The notes under the pieces were generated by a model. It was given only the letters and a program-made list of their open reading frames with translations. It was not told the DNA's origin and did no database searches. DNA of 64,000 nucleotides from positions 762 to 64,761 of the forward strand of contig CAIQVX010000098.1 in assembly GCA_903875275.1 (NCBI GenBank), in the 5' to 3' direction. Made by a program: the position numbers and the translations under genes. The stretch comes from an uncultured beta proteobacterium (GTDB lineage: Bacteria; Pseudomonadota; Gammaproteobacteria; Burkholderiales; Burkholderiaceae_C). Positions 50,697-61,133 of the stretch are shown here, one piece after another; positions within the stretch are counted from its first letter, which is position 1, and every line of letters starts with the position of its first letter.

Positions 50697-51902
50697 ATGC
50701 GACTGCACGGCTTGTGGCTGACTCTGGCCACAATGGCGTCCTTGCCCTGCAGCAACGCCGTCGCGCAGAGCGCCGACACGCTTAAGCTAAAACTGGAATC
50801 AGCACTGCGCTTTGACAACAACCTGTTCCGGCTCCCCGCCAGTGCCAACGCCGAAGCGCTTATTGGAAAGCCCAGTGCGGCCGAGAAAGTGGACATCAAC
50901 TCCCTCAGTCTTGTTTTCAGCACCAGCTTGAGCATGCAAAAGTTTGAGCTGTCTGCCAGCGTTGCGAAGTACGGCTACCAGAATTTCAGCTACCTTAGCT
51001 ACGTGGCGCACAGCTACAACGCCGCCTGGCACTGGGCCTTGACGCCAAGTCTACAGGGCAACCTTGGCAGCCAACGTCAGGAAACCATCAACGACTTTGC
51101 TGACAACCAGGGCACCACCACGCAAAACCTGCGCAGAAACACCAGCAGCCGGTTGGACGCAGCCTACGAAGTGGATGGCAGCTGGAGCGTGGTCACCGGT
51201 GTATCGCAGTCTGCCCAGACCAACCAGCAAGTCTCTACCGCCGAGGGAGACTACAGCGCCAGATCTGCCGACCTGGGCCTGCGCTACGCATCGGGCACGG
51301 GCAGCACGATCAGCTACACGCTCAGGAACAATACCGGCAACTACCTCAATCGCGTTTTGTCGCCTTCGGGCCTGTTCGATGACGGCTTCAGGCAGACCGA
51401 CACCGAACTGCGACTGCACTGGATTCTGAGCGGCAAGAGCGTAGTCGACCTTTACACCAGTCAGATCAGCCGCAGCCATCCCAACTACGCCCAGCGCGAC
51501 TACAACGGACGCAACGCCGGCATCAATTTCAACTGGGCCCTAAGCGGCAAATCGACCCTCGTGGCCAGTTGGGCGCGCGAACTCTCAAGCTACCAGACCT
51601 TCTATTCCAATTACACGCTTTCCAATCGCCTTGCCTTTACCCCGGTCTGGCAGCTCGGCCCCAAGACCATACTGCGAGCCCGCTATGAGGTCACACAGAG
51701 CGATTATCTTGGTTCACCCTTTGGCCTGATTTCGGTGCAGCGCAGCGACACCAGCAACGCGGCCAGCCTGTCTTTGGACTGGCAGCCCCACCCGTACTTT
51801 ACGATCAGCACTTCAATAGAGAACGCCACTCGCAAGTCAAACTTGGCAGGCTTGGACTATGAGAGCAAAATGGCAACCGTTTCGGCACAATTCAGTTACT
51901 GA
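50697..51902 (+). CDS. epsL: EPS-associated outer-membrane beta-barrel protein EpsL
   Basis: Signal peptide, DNNLFR motif, alternating beta-strand pattern, C-terminal aromatic (QFSY). Confidence 0.8.
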   Translation: MRLHGLWLTLATMASLPCSNAVAQSADTLKLKLESALRFDNNLFRLPASANAEALIGKPSAAEKVDINSLSLVFSTSLSMQKFELSASVAKYGYQNFSYLSYVAHSYNAAWHWALTPSLQGNLGSQRQETINDFADNQGTTTQNLRRNTSSRLDAAYEVDGSWSVVTGVSQSAQTNQQVSTAEGDYSARSADLGLRYASGTGSTISYTLRNNTGNYLNRVLSPSGLFDDGFRQTDTELRLHWILSGKSVVDLYTSQISRSHPNYAQRDYNGRNAGINFNWALSGKSTLVASWARELSSYQTFYSNYTLSNRLAFTPVWQLGPKTILRARYEVTQSDYLGSPFGLISVQRSDTSNAASLSLDWQPHPYFTISTSIENATRKSNLAGLDYESKMATVSAQFSY

Positions 51903-51914
51903 GCTTCCAGCACC

Positions 51915-52889
51915 ATGACCCTTTCGCACATTCGCAATTCCCAAACACTTGTGGCATCTGCCATGTTGACGGCCGCACTTGCCTTAGGCCTGTCTGCCTG
52001 CGGCAACAAGGACGACAAGAAAGCTGCAACGCAAGTCGCCGCCAAAGTGGGTTCTGAAGAAATCTCGGTGCACCAGATCAACCAGGTTTTGAGCCGCAGC
52101 AACAGTGGCGGTGCCTCCCCCGCTGCCGTACAGGCAATGAGCCGCGAGGTGCTTGAAAAACTCATCGATCAACAACTTGCCGTTGATCAGGCCACCGAGG
52201 ACAAACTGCACCGCTCACCCGAAGTGGTAGCACAAATTGAAGCGTCCCGGCGCGACATACTGGCGCGTGCTTACATGCAGAAGGTTGCCGGCGCCCTGCC
52301 CAAGCCCAGCGCTGAGGAAATAAAGAAATATTACGCTGAGCATCCTCAGCTATTTTCCGAGCGGCGCATCTTCAGCGTGCAGGAAATTGTCGTTCCCGCT
52401 GCGCCAGGTCTGGCCGACCAGCTGCGCGCCTTCGCCGCATCGGGAAAACCCATTGTTGACGTAGCCAACTGGCTCAAGAGCAAGGGCATCAAGTTTGACG
52501 GCGGCAGCGCCACCCGCGCGGCAGAACAGATTCCGCTAGAGCGCCTGGCGCAGATCCATGCCATGAAGGACGGGCAGAGTCTGGTGATGGAGTCGCCGCA
52601 GGCCATCACCCTGATACGGTTGGCGTCTTCGCAATCATCCCCGGTGGCCGAAGCTGCGGCCCTGCCCCGGATTGAACAGTTTTTGACCAACCAGCGCGCC
52701 GCTGAAGCGGTAGCAGCCCACATCAAACAACTGCGTGCTGCGGCAAAGATCAGTTACATGGGTGAATTTGCCAGGAACGATGCTGGCACTGCTGCAACGC
52801 CTGCACCGGCGGTAGCGTCGCCTGCTCCGGTTGCCCCTGCCACGGATGCCAAGACCGCTATCGAAAAAGGCGTGGCCGGGCTCAAGTAA
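51915..52889 (+). CDS. epsD: EpsD family peptidyl-prolyl isomerase-like lipoprotein
   Basis: LSACG lipobox, TQVAAKV..EEISVHQIN, LEKLIDQQL, YYAEHPQLFSERRI. Confidence 0.85.
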   Translation: MTLSHIRNSQTLVASAMLTAALALGLSACGNKDDKKAATQVAAKVGSEEISVHQINQVLSRSNSGGASPAAVQAMSREVLEKLIDQQLAVDQATEDKLHRSPEVVAQIEASRRDILARAYMQKVAGALPKPSAEEIKKYYAEHPQLFSERRIFSVQEIVVPAAPGLADQLRAFAASGKPIVDVANWLKSKGIKFDGGSATRAAEQIPLERLAQIHAMKDGQSLVMESPQAITLIRLASSQSSPVAEAAALPRIEQFLTNQRAAEAVAAHIKQLRAAAKISYMGEFARNDAGTAATPAPAVASPAPVAPATDAKTAIEKGVAGLK

Positions 52890-52944
52890 CCCAGCCAATC
52901 GAACATAAGACGACACCACCGAACCCACCACGAATTCACGCCAC

Positions 52945-53751
52945 ATGATGCAGCGCCTGATCACATTGCCTCGCCTTGTCCTGTTCGCAATCATGTTCTT
53001 GTGCTTTGGCGTACAGGCCCAAAACACAGACTACCCGTTGGGAGCGGGCGATGCCATCAAGATCCAGGTGTTTCAAAACCCGGATCTGACCATTGAGACA
53101 CGTGTTTCGGAGAACGGCTCCATCACCTATCCGCTGATTGGCGCGGTGGACCTGGGTGGCCTGTCGATTGCCGCAGCAGAGAAGAAGATTGCTGAAGCCC
53201 TGTTGAGCGGTGGCTTCATACAGAACCCCCAGGTCAACATCGTACTGATCCAGATCCGCGGCAATCAGGTGTCGGTGCTGGGCCAGGTCAACCGGCCCGG
53301 ACGCTTTCCGCTGGAAACCGCCAACACGCGGCTTAGCGACATGCTGGCCAATGCAGGCGGAGCCACGGGTGTGGGTGACGATATTGCCATTGTGGTGGGT
53401 GTTCGCAACGGCAAACAGTTTCGCAAGCAGATCGACATCCCTTCCATTTTTCTGGACGACAAGTTGCAGGACAACATCGTTCTGCAGGGTGGTGACAGCA
53501 TCTATGTGCACCGGGTTCCGGTCTTTTACATTTACGGCGAAGTGCAGCGCCCGGGCGCATTCCGCGTGGAGCGCGACATGACGGTGATGCAGGCCCTGGC
53601 GCAAGGAGGCGGCCCCACCGTGCGGGGTAGCGAGAAGCGCCTGCGTCTGCATCGCAAGGCAGCCGATGGCACGGTGCAACCCACAGAGCCACAACTGACC
53701 GACCCGGTACTGCCCAACGACGTTATTTACGTCAAGGAAAGTCTGTTTTGA
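52945..53751 (+). CDS. epsE: Polysaccharide export protein EpsE (Wza-like)
   Basis: YPLGAGDAIKIQVF, GSITYPLIG, SLBB domains VLGQVNRPG and YGEVQRPG, C-terminal VKESLF. Confidence 0.9.
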   Translation: MMQRLITLPRLVLFAIMFLCFGVQAQNTDYPLGAGDAIKIQVFQNPDLTIETRVSENGSITYPLIGAVDLGGLSIAAAEKKIAEALLSGGFIQNPQVNIVLIQIRGNQVSVLGQVNRPGRFPLETANTRLSDMLANAGGATGVGDDIAIVVGVRNGKQFRKQIDIPSIFLDDKLQDNIVLQGGDSIYVHRVPVFYIYGEVQRPGAFRVERDMTVMQALAQGGGPTVRGSEKRLRLHRKAADGTVQPTEPQLTDPVLPNDVIYVKESLF

Positions 53752-53767
53752 GTACCACGCCTAAGCC

Positions 53768-55168
53768 ATGACGCTTCAGCAATTCCTGCTCATTCTGCGG
53801 GCGCGCTATCGGGTAGCGCTGCTGGCGTTCGCGATCACCGTCCTCACAACCCTTGTAGTCAGTCTGCTGCTGCCCAAGCAATACACCGCCAGCGCCGCCA
53901 TGGTAGTGGACGTTAAATCGCCTGACGCTGTCAGCGGCATGTTGCTACAAAGCATGTTGGCGCCGGGCTATATGGCAACCCAGATCGACATCATCAACAG
54001 CGACCGTGTGGCCAAGAATGTGGTCAAGTTATTGCGCATGGATGAAAGTACCGTCATCAAACAACAATGGCAGGAAGCCACCAAGGGCAAAGGGCAGTTG
54101 ATTGACTGGCTGGCTGGATTGTTGCAAAAGAATCTCGACGTCAAGCCATCACGCGAGAGCAATGTTATCAACATCAATTACACCGGCACCGACCCGGACT
54201 TCAGCGCGGCAGTAGCCAATGCTTACTCTCAAGCCTACATGGACGTCAACCTGGAGTTGCGGTTGGCACCTGCCCGTCAGTACGCGGCCTTTTTTGACGC
54301 CCAGACAAGGGCTGCCCGGGACAAACTGGAAGTCGCCCAGAAAGCGCTTTCGGCGTACCAGCAAAAGAACGGCATTACATCTATCGATGAGCGGCTGGAC
54401 TTTGAAACGGCCAAGCTGAACGAAACTTCGAGCCAACTTACCGGCATTGAGGGACTTACCACCGACAGCCAAAGCAAGCGACAAAATGTCAAGTCCGACA
54501 CTGTGGCGGAGGTGATGCAAAGCCCGCTGATCAATGGACTGAAAGTCGACATAGCCCGTCTCGAAGCCAAGCTCACCGAGAGCAATGTCAACCTGGGTAA
54601 GAACCACCCACAGACGCAGCGTACCGAGTCCGAATTGGCCACCCTGAAGTACCAGCTGGAATCCGAAACCCGCAAGATAACCAGTTCGATTGAGACCACT
54701 TACCAAGTTGGAAAGCAGCGCGAAAAGCAACTCAAGAGTGCCCTTGCGTCGCAAAAAAGCCGTGTACTGCAGATCAACAAGCAGCGTGACGAACTCAATG
54801 TGCTTCGCCGTGACATCGAGTCAGCACAACGTGCCTTCGAGATGGTAAGCCAGCGCGCCTCACAAACCAATATCGAGAGTCAGACCAACCAGACCAATAT
54901 TCTGGTACTCAACCCGGCATCTGCGCCTACGGAACCTTCTAAGCCGCGTGTGTTTCTAAGCGTATTGGTTTCCATCTTTTTGGGCTCACTTTTGGGAATC
55001 GGCTTGGCACTGATGCTTGAGCTAAGCCAGCGCTATGTGCGCTCGTCGCAAGACCTTGCCGATGCGCTGGAACTGCCAGTGCTGGGCGGCATTGGTTCCG
55101 CGATAGCTCCAAATAGATTGTGGTTCAGGTCTTGGCAGCAGCGCTGGCCGCGCAGGGCAGACGTATGA
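53768..55168 (+). CDS. epsF: Chain-length determinant EpsF (polysaccharide co-polymerase)
   Basis: Two TMs flanking a coiled-coil region, YMATQIDII.S, GKNHP, PSKPR. Confidence 0.9.
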   Translation: MTLQQFLLILRARYRVALLAFAITVLTTLVVSLLLPKQYTASAAMVVDVKSPDAVSGMLLQSMLAPGYMATQIDIINSDRVAKNVVKLLRMDESTVIKQQWQEATKGKGQLIDWLAGLLQKNLDVKPSRESNVININYTGTDPDFSAAVANAYSQAYMDVNLELRLAPARQYAAFFDAQTRAARDKLEVAQKALSAYQQKNGITSIDERLDFETAKLNETSSQLTGIEGLTTDSQSKRQNVKSDTVAEVMQSPLINGLKVDIARLEAKLTESNVNLGKNHPQTQRTESELATLKYQLESETRKITSSIETTYQVGKQREKQLKSALASQKSRVLQINKQRDELNVLRRDIESAQRAFEMVSQRASQTNIESQTNQTNILVLNPASAPTEPSKPRVFLSVLVSIFLGSLLGIGLALMLELSQRYVRSSQDLADALELPVLGGIGSAIAPNRLWFRSWQQRWPRRADV

Positions 55169-56034
55169 ATTCCGTCGTTACGTCCAACATAAGACGCTCC
55201 ATTGGTGACATTCTGGTAGCGACTGGCCGCCTCAGCAGCGCCGACTCAAGCGTCATCATGGAGTACCAACGCCAACACCAGATTCAATTTGGTGACGCCG
55301 CCCTGGCTTTGAAACTACTCACCAAAGACGACATAGACTTTGCACTCGCCAGGCAATTTGACTACACCTACCTGGGGCAGGAAGACACCAGTCTGAGCCC
55401 AGACCTGGTAGCTGCTTACAAGCCATTTGGTGCGATTTGCGAGAACCTGCGCGCCGTGCGCAGCCAACTCATGCTGCGCTGGTTCAACACCGACCCGTTG
55501 CGCAAAGTGCTCGCCATCGTAAGCCCCGCAAAAGGGGATGGGCGCAGTTTCATTTCCGCCAACCTGGCCATCGTTTTTGCACAGCAAGGGCAGCGAACAC
55601 TGTTGCTCGATGCCGACTTGCGTACCGCACCCGGCACTGGTCAGAAGGTCTTATTCAAGTTGGGCAAGAGCGCGGGTTTGTCGGGCATATTGGCTGGCCG
55701 CGCCGCCTTGGAAGTGGCCGCCTCGCCCGTGCCCAGCCTGCCTGGCCTGACCGTGCTGCCCACGGGTGCTGTGCCACCGAATCCGCAAGAATTGTTGGGC
55801 CGGCCGGAATTTGGCCAACTGTTGGGCAGCGTCGCTCAACGGTTTGATGTAATCATCATCGATACCCCCGCTGGCGGCGACTATGCGGACGCCGAAATCA
55901 TCGCTGCGCGCGCTGGTGCTGGGGTAATGCTTGCGCGCAAGAACAAGAGCCTGTTACCCGACGTGACTCGGCTGGCGGGCCGCCTGCAGGAAGGTGGCGT
56001 AACACTAGTGGGCTCCGTGCTTAATGACTCATGA
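55165..56034 (+). CDS. epsG: Chain-length determinant tyrosine-kinase-like protein EpsG
   Basis: ENLRAVRSQL, GDGRS Walker A variant, LLDADLR, PPNPQELL, IIDTP; start ATG 55165. Confidence 0.88.
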   Translation: MNSVVTSNIRRSIGDILVATGRLSSADSSVIMEYQRQHQIQFGDAALALKLLTKDDIDFALARQFDYTYLGQEDTSLSPDLVAAYKPFGAICENLRAVRSQLMLRWFNTDPLRKVLAIVSPAKGDGRSFISANLAIVFAQQGQRTLLLDADLRTAPGTGQKVLFKLGKSAGLSGILAGRAALEVAASPVPSLPGLTVLPTGAVPPNPQELLGRPEFGQLLGSVAQRFDVIIIDTPAGGDYADAEIIAARAGAGVMLARKNKSLLPDVTRLAGRLQEGGVTLVGSVLNDS

Positions 56035-56606
56035 AAGCCGTCCCACTACTTGCACTTATCGTGCAATGCGAAGTTGCCCGTATGGGATTCAAAAGCAGGT
56101 TTCGAAGGGAATCAATTGAAACACTTGCATCCGTTGCCGAGGTGCATATCAAGCCCATCAACTCTCCTTCGGACTATCACAGAGACCCCGACCGCGCCCG
56201 TAAGTCCATGTCGGCACCTGAGGTTCAGGCTTTGGCGGCCGCGCTAAAGCTCCCCGCATTGTTCGAGGTGGTGCTGAAAACATATGAGGTCGTCAGACAC
56301 GGTCGCGCAGACACATGTCTGCGACCCCTTCCATCTGCTGTTCTGAAAAACCGATGCTGTAAAGCGCGAGGACCTGGGCCAATTCAACACTTGCGTCAGC
56401 TACGAGAAAGCGATCCAACGGCACTATGGCGATCAGACTCCCATCGGCATCCTTCTTCGTGCCCCCAAGAACCACGAACCAGTCGAAGACGCCATGGTCG
56501 AAATGACCAACAGGGTATTAGCCTAGCGCCACCAAATAGAATTGCCTCTCAACCACGATATTGCCGCATGCCTGCACCGTGCCGTGCAAGAACTTGAGGC
56601 TACCGC

Positions 56607-57518
56607 ATGACCCCTCGCACTGAAGCCTACTATGCCGTGTCCGAGCGAGCATCCAATGCACCAAAACCTTGGCGCACCAAACTTCTGACCTGGTTGCCCA
56701 TCATCGTCGGCTTGACGGTGCTGTATGTGCCCAGTCTTTATGACTTGTTCAAAGGTGTATGGAGTGACGATGAACAAGCGCACGGCCCGCTAATCCTGAC
56801 AATTTCTTGTTGGCTGATTTACCGAAGATGGCCGATGGTGTCTGCAGATAATGATTCAAAACCCAATTATTGGGCTGGGTGGGCACTGCTTGTTATAGGG
56901 CTATTGTGTTACGCCCTTGGTCGATCACAAGCAGTGGTTCAAATGGAAGTTGGCTCTGTCATCCCATTACTGATCGGTCTATTGCTGCTAATACGTGGTC
57001 CAACCGGTTTAAAAAAGATGTGGTTTCCACTTTTCTTCATGCTGTTTATGGTGCCGCTGCCAGGTGTGTTTGTGCAGGCGATCACAATACCGCTTAAAAC
57101 AGCTGTTTCCATTGTCGCTGAGCGCCTTCTTTTTTCGCTTGACTATCCCATTGCACGAACTGGTGTTATCTTGCAAGTTGGTCAATATCAATTGCTGGTG
57201 GCGGATGCTTGCGCCGGCCTGCACACTTTATTCTCCTTGGAGGCTTTAGGTTTGCTTTACATGAATCTGGTTGAGCATGTTTCTGTCAAGCGAAATTTGA
57301 CACTTGCCCTGCTGATAGTTCCTATTTCCTTCACCTCCAATGTCATCAGGGTCATTATTTTGGTGCTTATCACTTACCACTTGGGTGATGCTGCAGGGCA
57401 AGGCTTTTTGCATGGTTTTGCCGGTATGACACTATTTTTAAGTGCGTTGTTACTTATTCTTGGTGTGGATTCTGTCTTGGGCAAACTATTTAAAGAAGAA
57501 ACGCCCCGTGCGGCATAG
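56607..57518 (+). CDS. xrtB: Exosortase B
   Basis: Multi-TM; HGPLIL, VADACAGL (Cys), NVIRV (Arg), FLHGFAG (His). Confidence 0.93.
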   Translation: MTPRTEAYYAVSERASNAPKPWRTKLLTWLPIIVGLTVLYVPSLYDLFKGVWSDDEQAHGPLILTISCWLIYRRWPMVSADNDSKPNYWAGWALLVIGLLCYALGRSQAVVQMEVGSVIPLLIGLLLLIRGPTGLKKMWFPLFFMLFMVPLPGVFVQAITIPLKTAVSIVAERLLFSLDYPIARTGVILQVGQYQLLVADACAGLHTLFSLEALGLLYMNLVEHVSVKRNLTLALLIVPISFTSNVIRVIILVLITYHLGDAAGQGFLHGFAGMTLFLSALLLILGVDSVLGKLFKEETPRAA

Positions 57519-58212
57519 AACCGTCCCAACCCCATCCACCGTGCAATCTCTCATGATTGCCGTCTTATTTATTGCAACTGCATTGGCAGCCCATACTTTC
57601 AAACCAACACAACGTTTGGCTGACCAAAGATCAAAAATTAATTTGGCGACTGAAATTCCAACAGCATTTGGCGATTGGACTGAAGACACTCTATTAATTC
57701 CCATACTACCCAACCCCGAGGTTCAAGCTAAGTTGGATGTGCTGTATTCCTCTACACTGGCCCGCACATATCGCAATAGCGCCGGACAGCGGGTAATGTT
57801 ATCGATAGCCTATGGTAGCGACCAGAGCTCCGAGGCCACGTCTGTCCACCGACCAGAGTTTTGTTACAGCGCACAAGGCTTCAAGGTAAGCAATCTGGGT
57901 CAAGCTGCGCTCAATATTGGTAGTCATCAACTGAATGTTCAACGCCTTCTCGGCGAGTTGGGGCAACGCCGTGAAACCATCACTTACTGGATAACGATGG
58001 ATGAGACTGCCACATTACCCGGTCTTGGCCGAAAGTTGGCTCAGATGCGCTATGGTTTACGCGGCGAGATACCCGATGGACTTTTGTTTAGGGTTTCAAC
58101 GCTTGCGGCCAATAGTGGGCAAAGCTACGAATTGCAAAACCAGTTCTTAAACGATCTGGCAATGAACATGTCTCCAGTTCTTGTTCCAAGATACTTCGGC
58201 CGATCAAATTAG
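57508..58212 (+). CDS. epsI: Exosortase-associated protein EpsI
   Basis: IPTAFGDW, LYSSTLARTY, MLSIAYG.DQ, HRPEFCY.AQGF, PDGLLFRVS; start uncertain (GTG 57508). Confidence 0.9.
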   Translation: MRHRTVPTPSTVQSLMIAVLFIATALAAHTFKPTQRLADQRSKINLATEIPTAFGDWTEDTLLIPILPNPEVQAKLDVLYSSTLARTYRNSAGQRVMLSIAYGSDQSSEATSVHRPEFCYSAQGFKVSNLGQAALNIGSHQLNVQRLLGELGQRRETITYWITMDETATLPGLGRKLAQMRYGLRGEIPDGLLFRVSTLAANSGQSYELQNQFLNDLAMNMSPVLVPRYFGRSN

Positions 58213-58250
58213 ACAAGACTTGCGTCGACTACGAAGACCACTCTGATTGA

Positions 58251-59930
58251 ATGAACGCCTCACAAACAATTCAGTCGTTCTCAGACTTGTGGCAGCGGCG
58301 GGTGCCTAGGCTCGTCGTGACCGCGCGGGATAAGATTGCTGCAGCACGTGGGTCCATTTTGATGGCGCTTGCTGTTGTACTAACCGCAATGATGCTCGGT
58401 CTGATCACTGCGGTGCAGCCCTTTCTTGCGCTTTTACTGGTGATCGTACTCATCGGTCTCGGTTCGCTGATATGGTTGGCTAGGCGCGTGGCACCGAGGG
58501 CACCCTTGTGGATTAAAGCCAGTTTCTTGGTCGTGATTGGCCAATTGGTGTTCAGTTACGGCTTCTCAAACATCATATTTTTTGTTGGCGGATTGCCACT
58601 GCCTCTGACCGAATGTGTGCTGTTTGTTGCCTTATGTGCATGCGCATACCGTGTCTGGCTGGCAAAAGAGCGTTTGTCATTGCCTTTGCCGTTATGGTTT
58701 TTGGTGCTCTGGATTGCATTCAATCTAGCATGGCACTTACCGTCAGGCCTCATTCGCGACGGCGTTGGTGCAGCACGCGATGCCATGCCAACCGTCGAAA
58801 TACTATTCATCATTCCGGGTTTCGTGATAACGACAATCTGTCTGCAAGAAGGCGCGCATGGGTCAATCTGGATACGCAGCGTACTGTTGATCCTGGGATG
58901 TCTACTGGCAATTTATGGACTTCTTTATCCCTTCAGTAGTAGTATTCAAGCGATCTCCCCAAGGGTGACCAGCCTACAGCAAAGTGTGCCAATTTTTGGG
59001 CACTTCACATCTTTTCCAGCCGTTGGTCTAATGGCCATGATTGGTTGGGCTTTGTGGAGCTGGCAATCCAGTGAGCCTACCCGGTTGTGGGGTTCAGTCT
59101 TGGGTGTTGCCACCTTCGTTGCCGGATTTTTGGTCTTCTTCATGGTACAGGCACGCATTGCCTACCTTTTTGTCATAGTTAGCCTGTTTGTATTTTGGAC
59201 AATTGGCGGGCAAGCCAAACAAGCAAGGCGAATCGTGCTTGCGCTGTTGGTTGGCCTGTCAGTACTGCTGACCATCGAAATGTCTGGACTGGAATTCAAA
59301 GGCCGAGTCGGTCGTCTAAGCGCGTCAGGTATCGTCGACCATGTACTGACACTGACAGGCCAATCCAACGATTCACGCAGCGAATTCAGTGGAGCTGCTG
59401 CGGGTGTAAATCAACGTCGGCAATGGCGCGACTTTTCGCTGAAACTGTGGTCGCGAGACATTTCAACGCGAATTCTGGGCATCGGTTTTGGTCAGGTTTT
59501 GACAGACCTCACGACTGCGGGCACTGAAGGGCAAACCATGATTGTGCGTGAGCCGCACAACAGTTATGTCACCACGTTGAGCCGATCTGGCATAGTGGGC
59601 CTGATAGTGATGTTGAGTCTTCATACATACGTGCTTCGGCTTTGTCTGTCCGGCTATCGGCGGCATTATTTGACCCAACGCCCTCATGCAGCCTATTTTC
59701 TGGGAGTGATGTTTTATGAGCTCTACTGTTTGTTGAATTCTTGGGGTGAACCGCATTTCGAGGTTGCGCATTTTGCGGTACCGAGCTACTTCATTTACGG
59801 CACGGTGATTGGCCTGCACGTCTACACTTCACAAATAAATTTAAATCGACCACAACATGCGACTTTGGTCCCAACCGAAACCCCCATGAATTCCTCGTGT
59901 ATTGCATCGATTCCAGGTAGAGACCGGTGA
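58251..59930 (+). CDS. O-antigen ligase-like / Wzy-type polysaccharide polymerase
   Basis: Many TM helices, periplasmic loop with R..W, LGIGFG and PHNSYV...GIVGL motif. Confidence 0.75.
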   Translation: MNASQTIQSFSDLWQRRVPRLVVTARDKIAAARGSILMALAVVLTAMMLGLITAVQPFLALLLVIVLIGLGSLIWLARRVAPRAPLWIKASFLVVIGQLVFSYGFSNIIFFVGGLPLPLTECVLFVALCACAYRVWLAKERLSLPLPLWFLVLWIAFNLAWHLPSGLIRDGVGAARDAMPTVEILFIIPGFVITTICLQEGAHGSIWIRSVLLILGCLLAIYGLLYPFSSSIQAISPRVTSLQQSVPIFGHFTSFPAVGLMAMIGWALWSWQSSEPTRLWGSVLGVATFVAGFLVFFMVQARIAYLFVIVSLFVFWTIGGQAKQARRIVLALLVGLSVLLTIEMSGLEFKGRVGRLSASGIVDHVLTLTGQSNDSRSEFSGAAAGVNQRRQWRDFSLKLWSRDISTRILGIGFGQVLTDLTTAGTEGQTMIVREPHNSYVTTLSRSGIVGLIVMLSLHTYVLRLCLSGYRRHYLTQRPHAAYFLGVMFYELYCLLNSWGEPHFEVAHFAVPSYFIYGTVIGLHVYTSQINLNRPQHATLVPTETPMNSSCIASIPGRDR

Positions 59931-61108
59931 GCAAGCAGATCTTTATTGTCTCGTTGATGCGCACCAACGGCGACACTGGCGTGCAGGCGCATGTAAACAA
60001 CTTCTTCAGTTTTCTTGTAGCGAATAATGTTCGGGTCGAACGAGTCACACCTTATGACCGAGGCATGTGGATTTTTTATCCGCTATATGCGCTGCGCTAT
60101 GTCATTCAGTGGTGTCACCGCCCGATCAGCGTACGTTGGTACCGATATGTGCGGTTGCGCGCTCTCAAATTTCGCTTAAGAAAATTGCTGCGTGATGAAC
60201 CATCTGCTGTGCTGTATGCGCAATGCCCGGTGTCCGCAGACGCTTGCCTGCGTGCCCGGCATGTGCAATCTCAGCGGGTGGTAATGGTCGCGCATTTCAA
60301 CGTCTCACAGGCAGACGAATGGGTCGGTCAAGGGTACCTTCAACCCGACGACTGCACATGGCGCGCGATCCGAGCCCAAGAAGCTGCTGTTTTACCCAAG
60401 CTGGATGCAATTGTGTTTGTATCTGCTTTCATGCGAGATTTGGTCTCACGCCGCATTCCCTCCATTAACAAGGTTACGAGTCAAGTGATTCCGAATTTTG
60501 TTCGTGCACCACCATCACCCAGCCGTTCTCCGCATCGCGCCAATAGTGAGTTTGCGCTGGTGTCGATAGGTACATTGGAACCACGCAAGAACCAGCGCTA
60601 TCTATTAGATATCGTGGCGATTGCACGTCGCGAAATACCAGACCTCACGATGACGCTAATTGGTGATGGTTCTGATCGTCAAGTACTTGAGCAACAAGTT
60701 CAAGAGCAAGGTTTGGAAGGCAGTGTCAACTTCAAAGGAAAGGTCATGGGTGCAGCCGATTTGCTACCGCAGTTCGATGGCTACGTCCATGTTGCCCAGA
60801 TCGAAAATTTGCCCATTTCCATTATTGAGGCAATGGCTGCAGGTCTTCCGATATTTGCCTGCCCAGTGGGTGGCATTCCAGAGGTGTTCACTGACGGGAA
60901 GGAAGGCCACTTCTTGCCTCTTGATGATGCACAGGCAGCTGCTCAGATACTCATCAATGCATTCAAATCCCAAGATCATTTCAAAAAGTTGGGGCAAGCA
61001 GCCCGGGCTCGATTCAAAGCCAATTTTGACCAAGCAATAGTTGCGAAGAATTTGCTTGACTTCGTGTTGCTCGATGCATTACAGGAACCGGGCACCCCAC
61101 GGTCATGA
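59927..61108 (+). CDS. Glycosyltransferase family 4
   Basis: GTLEPRKN, ENLPISIIEAMAAGLP, VGGIPEV. Confidence 0.92.
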   Translation: MSKQIFIVSLMRTNGDTGVQAHVNNFFSFLVANNVRVERVTPYDRGMWIFYPLYALRYVIQWCHRPISVRWYRYVRLRALKFRLRKLLRDEPSAVLYAQCPVSADACLRARHVQSQRVVMVAHFNVSQADEWVGQGYLQPDDCTWRAIRAQEAAVLPKLDAIVFVSAFMRDLVSRRIPSINKVTSQVIPNFVRAPPSPSRSPHRANSEFALVSIGTLEPRKNQRYLLDIVAIARREIPDLTMTLIGDGSDRQVLEQQVQEQGLEGSVNFKGKVMGAADLLPQFDGYVHVAQIENLPISIIEAMAAGLPIFACPVGGIPEVFTDGKEGHFLPLDDAQAAAQILINAFKSQDHFKKLGQAARARFKANFDQAIVAKNLLDFVLLDALQEPGTPRS

Positions 61109-61133
61109 TCCAGTGCATGCACCAGGTATTGCA

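Noticed and set aside
56031-56597. 188 aa ORF between epsG and xrtB as a real gene
   Set aside because: Composition is Arg/Pro/Ser-rich with no recognisable motif; treated as decayed or non-coding sequence
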